This document shows positions 16,554 through 21,413 of a stretch of 21,413 nt of DNA, in pieces. The stretch's first letter is position 1. Every line of letters begins with the position of its first letter. Origin of the DNA: Candidatus Thorarchaeota archaeon. Lineage in GTDB: Archaea > Asgardarchaeota > Thorarchaeia > Thorarchaeales > Thorarchaeaceae. The stretch spans positions 1-21,413 of the forward strand of contig JAEOUG010000139.1 in NCBI GenBank assembly GCA_016839445.1, in the 5' to 3' direction. The notes beneath the pieces were generated by a model. That model searched no databases, was not told where the DNA came from, and was given only the letters and a program-made list of their open reading frames with translations. The translations under genes were made by a program, and so were the position numbers.

Positions 16554-17633
16554 TTGGCAAAAGTAGCAGTTGTGAAGACCACACCAAAGACGATATTCGA
16601 TGACGTAGCCAGGGTCATGGACCTAGCTGACTACGACAGATGCATCTCCAAGGACGTTGAAACAACCGTAAAGCTCAATCTATCTTGGTCGAAGCTCTAT
16701 CCTGCTTGCTCCACAAATCCGTACATTCTAGACGGTCTCCTTCGGAAGCTCATTGCCGACGGTTTTGACAGACATTCAATCCAAGCCGTTGAGAACGAGA
16801 CAGTTGTCACAAACATCTACGCAGGCGTCAAGAACAACAACTGGTACCCTGTCATGCGGAAGCATGGGATTAGATTCCTGCCTCTAATCAATGCGACCTA
16901 TGTGGATGTGGAACTCCCAAAAGAGACCCTTGTTCTGGAGAGGATATTCGGAGAGGTCATAGCACCAAAGGAGATCTTCGGCACCAACATCATTCATTTG
17001 CCGACCGTAAAGACGCACGGCCACACGATGATGACTGGAGCACTGAAGGATTCCTTCGGTCTTTACCTCACCAAGAACCGGCACCTGGCACACCTCAAGA
17101 TTCACAAGGTCCTGGTGGATCTGCTGCTACTGCAGAAAACCATCTCACACTCCGAGTTCGTCTTGACGGACGGGACTGTGATGGGAGACGGGGCAGGACC
17201 ACGGACCATGGTGCCCAAGATTGGGAATATCCTCATCGCGTCCAATGACATGGTGGCTGCAGACGCAGTCCAGACGCGCCTGATGGGTATTGATCAGAGC
17301 AGTGTTCACAAGCTTCGCATAGCAAGTGAACTCGGTCTGGGAGTCGCCAATCCTGATGACATTGAGATTGCCGGCGACTTCGAGTCTTGGAGCGACCTTC
17401 CGAACTTCCACCTGTCCCCAGGAAAGAGCCCCGTGATTACTTGGAACCGTGGCTTCCTGCGATTTCCTGGAATGGAAACATTATTGTTCCGGTCTCCACT
17501 AATGTGGCTACCAACGCAGCTATCTGGGCTCTACCATGATGGAATCTGGCTGCCGCTTTTCGGCAAGAAGTACGTCCGCTGGTTCCTTGAAGAGACCGAA
17601 TGGGGAGCCTTGTGGCAGTCATACTCAAGCTGA
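16554..17633 (+). CDS. DUF362 domain protein
   Basis: KVAVVK, VKLNLSW...ACSTNP, IIHLPTVKTHGHTMMTGALKDSFG and ASNDMVAADAV are typical of DUF362. Start TTG 16554 or GTG 16542. Confidence 0.82.
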   Translation: MAKVAVVKTTPKTIFDDVARVMDLADYDRCISKDVETTVKLNLSWSKLYPACSTNPYILDGLLRKLIADGFDRHSIQAVENETVVTNIYAGVKNNNWYPVMRKHGIRFLPLINATYVDVELPKETLVLERIFGEVIAPKEIFGTNIIHLPTVKTHGHTMMTGALKDSFGLYLTKNRHLAHLKIHKVLVDLLLLQKTISHSEFVLTDGTVMGDGAGPRTMVPKIGNILIASNDMVAADAVQTRLMGIDQSSVHKLRIASELGLGVANPDDIEIAGDFESWSDLPNFHLSPGKSPVITWNRGFLRFPGMETLLFRSPLMWLPTQLSGLYHDGIWLPLFGKKYVRWFLEETEWGALWQSYSS

Positions 17634-17648
17634 ACGGAGAGACTCGGA

Positions 17649-18659
17649 TTGGGCGTAAACGACTATTTCAGGCTCCTGAGACCAGCACAGTGGTACAAGA
17701 ACCTCCTGGTGTTTCTCGCTGTCGTGTTCTATGAAACACCGACAGAGTGGCCTTGGACAACGACCCCCGCCGCACTCAACTTCGCCAACTATCCCCCTCT
17801 GATCCTTGGCTTCATAGCCTTCTGTGCCGTTTCAAGCGCGACATACATCTGGAATGACATTCAAGATCTTGAAGCAGATGCCGCTCATCCGGAGAAGAAG
17901 CATAGACCACTGCCTTCGGGCAGGGTGTCCAGATCCAGGTCTTTGCTTCTTGCAGCGTTTCTGATGGTTGGGGGCCTCATCCTTGCACTCTCTCTCACAA
18001 GGATTCCAAACCCGGGACCAGTTGTAAACAACGGTGAGTTCTTCATTCTGGTAGTGCTCTATGTGATCAACTCCCTTCTCTACAATCACTATCTGCGGAA
18101 GTGGGCCATTGTAGACGTGTCGACGATTGCTATTGGATTCATTATCAGAGCCATCTCGGGAGCATACCTCATCGGTGCACCATTCACATCTTGGATTGTC
18201 ATTGGAGTGTTCTTCTTCGCACTGATTCTTGGGTTCGGAAAGCGGAAGAACGAACTGCAGTACCTTGGAGAAGATGCAGCCGAGCACAAGGAGGTATTCA
18301 CTCAGTACACAGAAACAATGCTCGACCACGGAATCAGCATGTCAGCAACGTGGTTCATCTTCTTCTATACTCTCTACTGCTTCAACAACTTCGGCGGCGA
18401 AGCGATGCAGCACCAGCCAGTCATGCTGACAGTGCCATTCCTTGCCGGTGTTGTGTTGAGGTACGTATACCTGATTCACAGCGGCAGCCCAGTTGGGAGG
18501 AAGCCTCACCTTGCTATCAAGGACAAAGGCATCCTTGTTGGAGTGTTTCTCTTCTTTATCATGCTTGCATGGACTCTGTTCTTCTGGGACTTCCTGCTGG
18601 CCTATTACGTAGCTTTCTGGGACTTCCTCTTCCAGGCGTTTGGTTCTCTGTTCCCCTAG
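17649..18659 (+). CDS. UbiA-superfamily polyprenyl-phosphate phosphoribosyltransferase (decaprenyl-phosphate phosphoribosyltransferase-like)
   Basis: LLRPAQWYKNLLVF, NDIQDLEADAAHPEKKHRPLPSG, DVSTIAIGFIIRA and GKRKNEL match the Rv3806c-type subfamily. Multi-TM. Confidence 0.88.
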   Translation: MGVNDYFRLLRPAQWYKNLLVFLAVVFYETPTEWPWTTTPAALNFANYPPLILGFIAFCAVSSATYIWNDIQDLEADAAHPEKKHRPLPSGRVSRSRSLLLAAFLMVGGLILALSLTRIPNPGPVVNNGEFFILVVLYVINSLLYNHYLRKWAIVDVSTIAIGFIIRAISGAYLIGAPFTSWIVIGVFFFALILGFGKRKNELQYLGEDAAEHKEVFTQYTETMLDHGISMSATWFIFFYTLYCFNNFGGEAMQHQPVMLTVPFLAGVVLRYVYLIHSGSPVGRKPHLAIKDKGILVGVFLFFIMLAWTLFFWDFLLAYYVAFWDFLFQAFGSLFP

Positions 18660-18669
18660 GGTGACGAAA

Positions 18670-19350
18670 ATGGATTCGCGGTTGGCTGCCTTTGACCTCC
18701 ACATGCACACCATCCACAGCAAAGACGGCCTGACGAACCCGAAGGACCTGTTCAAAATCATGAAGAGGCACGGGTTGAGGGGACTGGCCCCCACGGAACA
18801 CTACAGAGCAGCTACGTTGAAGATCATTGAGAGAGAAGGGAGGTTTATCCTTCCTGCATGCGAGTACAAGTCAACAGATTATGGAGAGTTGATTGGACTC
18901 TTTGTTTCAGAACACGTGGAGAACAGGTCATTCGCAGAGATAGCTGAAGATGTGCACAGTCAGAATGGCCTCACGATTCTCCCACATCCGCGGGACCCGC
19001 TCAGGAAGTACACTGCGATAAGACGTGGACTGCCAGACGAGCTGATAGAGAAACACGTTGATCTCATCGAAGGCATCAACTCCCGATGCATCATACCCCT
19101 CTTCAACAAGAGAGCTCAGGATTTGGCGAGGCGACTTCGAAAACCCATGACTGCAGGTAGCGATGGCCATAGCTGGCTTGAAATGGGAAGCGCTAGGACC
19201 TGGCTTCAAGATGTCGAGTCTGCAGAGGACATATACAATGAGCTCAGACGCGGCCGGACACAGATAACAGGGTGGCCATCCCTGTTCTTCATGCACTTTC
19301 CTACTATGTTATGGCAGAGAATGAGGAAGTTAGCCTATGACGCCTGGTGA
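18670..19350 (+). CDS. PHP-domain metal-dependent phosphoesterase
   Basis: DLHMHTIHSKDG, TEH, PHP, IEGINSR and AGSDGH. ATG 18670 is preceded by a GGGTGA SD-like motif. Confidence 0.88.
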   Translation: MDSRLAAFDLHMHTIHSKDGLTNPKDLFKIMKRHGLRGLAPTEHYRAATLKIIEREGRFILPACEYKSTDYGELIGLFVSEHVENRSFAEIAEDVHSQNGLTILPHPRDPLRKYTAIRRGLPDELIEKHVDLIEGINSRCIIPLFNKRAQDLARRLRKPMTAGSDGHSWLEMGSARTWLQDVESAEDIYNELRRGRTQITGWPSLFFMHFPTMLWQRMRKLAYDAW

Positions 19351-20371
19351 GATTAAGACGAATGACTCCGAGAAGTCACTAATCAGCACGCGAAGACTTC
19401 TCGCTCTCGTAATATTCAGTGTCGTTGTCTTCGCACTGGTCGGGCTTGTCGGCCGCATCGACGAGGTGGGCGCTGCTCTAGCGTCAATCCAATGGTACTG
19501 GGTTCTTCCCGCAATGATGGGGCTGTCACTCCTCAACTACGTCCTTCGCTACCTGAAATGGCAGTATTTCCTTCATCGGATAGATGTCAACCTGAAGCAT
19601 TCAGACAGCTTCTCGATCTTCTTGGCAGGCTTCACGCTGACTACAACTCCCGGGAAGATCGGGGAGGCAATCAAAGGATACTTCATCCGCGATATTGACG
19701 GTACACCCATCGCCAAGACGGTTCCAGTTGTAGTGTCTGAGAGGGTCACGGACCTACTAGCACTAGTTCTCCTGGCAATGATAGGTTTTGGAATCGGTGT
19801 AAACACGGGTGACCAGCTGCTAACCGTTCTGATGTTAGGAGGAGGAGTACTTCTCGCTGCGATAGTGTTGAGCCAGAAGACCTTCTATCAGAAGATTCTC
19901 AAGAGATTCACTTCATTTGGACCCTTGAAGCGGTTCCAAGACCATGTTGACGATATCGAGGACACAATGACCAAGACCCTAGGTCCAAAGCCGCTCGTGT
20001 TGAGCACCGCCATTAGCATTCCAGGGTGGTTCATGGAGTGCCTTGAGCTGTGGCTTCTACTTAGCCTTCTCTCAGGAGCTGGACTGCCATCACTTACCCC
20101 CGCATCTCTCATTCTGCTTCTGCAAGCTACATTCGTCCACGCAGCTGCTTCGATAATCGGCGCAGTGTCATTCCTGCCCGGTGGCGTGGGAACATATGAG
20201 GCCACATCAGTGGCGCTCATAACATTCCTGCTTGGAATGCCAATTGCACAGGCGAGCGCTGCCACGATTCTGATTCGAGTTGTGACACTCTGGTTCAGCG
20301 TGGTCGTTGGGTTCATTGCTCTTGGTATACTCAACAGGAGCAACCGGAAAAGAAGAGAATCTAGCGAGTGA
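19337..20371 (+). CDS. Lysylphosphatidylglycerol synthase TM / UPF0104 flippase-like membrane protein
   Basis: LRYLKW, TPGKIGEAIK, SERVTD, LPGGVGTYEA and LIRVVTLW motifs; about 8 TM. Overlaps the PHP gene end. Confidence 0.88.
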   Translation: MTPGEIKTNDSEKSLISTRRLLALVIFSVVVFALVGLVGRIDEVGAALASIQWYWVLPAMMGLSLLNYVLRYLKWQYFLHRIDVNLKHSDSFSIFLAGFTLTTTPGKIGEAIKGYFIRDIDGTPIAKTVPVVVSERVTDLLALVLLAMIGFGIGVNTGDQLLTVLMLGGGVLLAAIVLSQKTFYQKILKRFTSFGPLKRFQDHVDDIEDTMTKTLGPKPLVLSTAISIPGWFMECLELWLLLSLLSGAGLPSLTPASLILLLQATFVHAAASIIGAVSFLPGGVGTYEATSVALITFLLGMPIAQASAATILIRVVTLWFSVVVGFIALGILNRSNRKRRESSE

Positions 20372-21413
20372 TCTGATAGCCCATTACCAATTCGAGTAGG
20401 TCTCTGGCGCTCTTCTTCTTCTCGAAGTGGCTTCGAACGGGCTCGACCATCTTGTCCAGATACATGACGAGCATGTTCTTCAAGTCGAGTGGATGGAGTT
20501 CTCCTGCAACGTACGCCTTCTCAAGCCCGCCATAGCTACCGAAGTCAACGTCCCCGCCAAACTTGGGTTTTCGCTCAACCGTGACACTATCGAATCCACG
20601 AAACACGATCTCCTTCGCATAGTCGAGCAAGGGATTTCCTTCGGCTATTTTGGGAGGGCAGAAGGCAGCCATGATCTTCTGTCTAATCTGGTCAGTACTG
20701 TCATGCACAAAGATGCTTGACTCAGGCTTGCTCTTACTCATCTTTGAGGAGATTTGGACATCGAATCCTGCCTCCTCATCGTAACCCTCAGGTTCGGCAG
20801 CACCCTCCAAGTTCATGAGCATGTGATGGCTAATGACGACAGGTTTCCACCAGCCAAGTTTGGGACCAATTTCACGCGCGAGAATATTGGCTCTACGCTG
20901 GTCGAGACCAAGTTGCGTTATATCGGCCTCAAGATGGAAGATGTCTGCAACCTGCATCATGGGGTAGAAGTACTGCGCCACCTCTTTCATCTCACCTTCT
21001 CTTCGTCCCATGATCGTTAGCGCTCGTGTTGCCCTTGCCACTGTAGTGTTCTTAGCGATCTTCACAACCCGTGACCAGTACTCTACGGAGTCCATTGCTT
21101 CTGACGCCCAGAGAAACTCAACCTTGTCCGTAGGAACACCTGCTGCCTTCCAGACCTCGATGAAGTACTCACCAACATGCCTAATCTTCTCTAGATCCCC
21201 GTCCATCTTGTTGTTAATCCAAGCAAACCAGTCAGCCAGCCAAATCTTGAAACTGATTCCTGCGCTGATTAGGTCTTTGAGCAGCAGAGGTCTATACACC
21301 CCGAACGGTAGATGAGCTAGTCCAGAGGGTTCGAATCCATCATAGGCTATCGGATTCTTCTTCGTTTCCAGGAGTTCCCTCAATTCAGGCATCGTCACTA
21401 TTTCTTCGCCAAC
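20361..21413 (-). CDS. tyrS: Tyrosine--tRNA ligase, archaeal type; 5' end beyond the window
   Basis: AYDGFEPSGLAHL (HIGH-like), YPMMQVADIF, GLDQR, KMSKS and LHPLDLK. The frame is open to the window edge (VGEEIVTMPELRELL). Confidence 0.96.
   Translation of the reverse strand, partial: VGEEIVTMPELRELLETKKNPIAYDGFEPSGLAHLPFGVYRPLLLKDLISAGISFKIWLADWFAWINNKMDGDLEKIRHVGEYFIEVWKAAGVPTDKVEFLWASEAMDSVEYWSRVVKIAKNTTVARATRALTIMGRREGEMKEVAQYFYPMMQVADIFHLEADITQLGLDQRRANILAREIGPKLGWWKPVVISHHMLMNLEGAAEPEGYDEEAGFDVQISSKMSKSKPESSIFVHDSTDQIRQKIMAAFCPPKIAEGNPLLDYAKEIVFRGFDSVTVERKPKFGGDVDFGSYGGLEKAYVAGELHPLDLKNMLVMYLDKMVEPVRSHFEKKKSARDLLELVMGYQITR

Overview
Gene-dense archaeal chromosome window, most consistent with an Asgard archaeon (Thorarchaeia-like). 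That assignment is an inference from the archaeal-type TyrRS, TATA-like promoters, a Rab-like G-domain and the LRR style. In order: a truncated isoaspartyl peptidase/asparaginase missed by the ORF track, a MacB/LolCDE-type ABC permease and ATPase, a membrane-anchored protein, an ICMT/PEMT-type methyltransferase, and a STAND NTPase-TPR gene head-to-head with an LRR gene. A ~530 bp intergenic gap follows, then a PIN-domain protein, a small membrane protein, a cupin, a degenerate Rab-like GTPase / SLOG / PPP-phosphatase cluster, a DUF362-UbiA-PHP-flippase cluster and a 5'-truncated tyrS. The strongest novel signal is in the gap: a ~255-nt minus-strand element (10732-10985) with nested helices and strand-specific G-U pairs that I cannot match to a known RNA family, lying divergent from the PIN/helical/OB-like gene. 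No rRNA, tRNA, CRISPR array or transposase was recognised.
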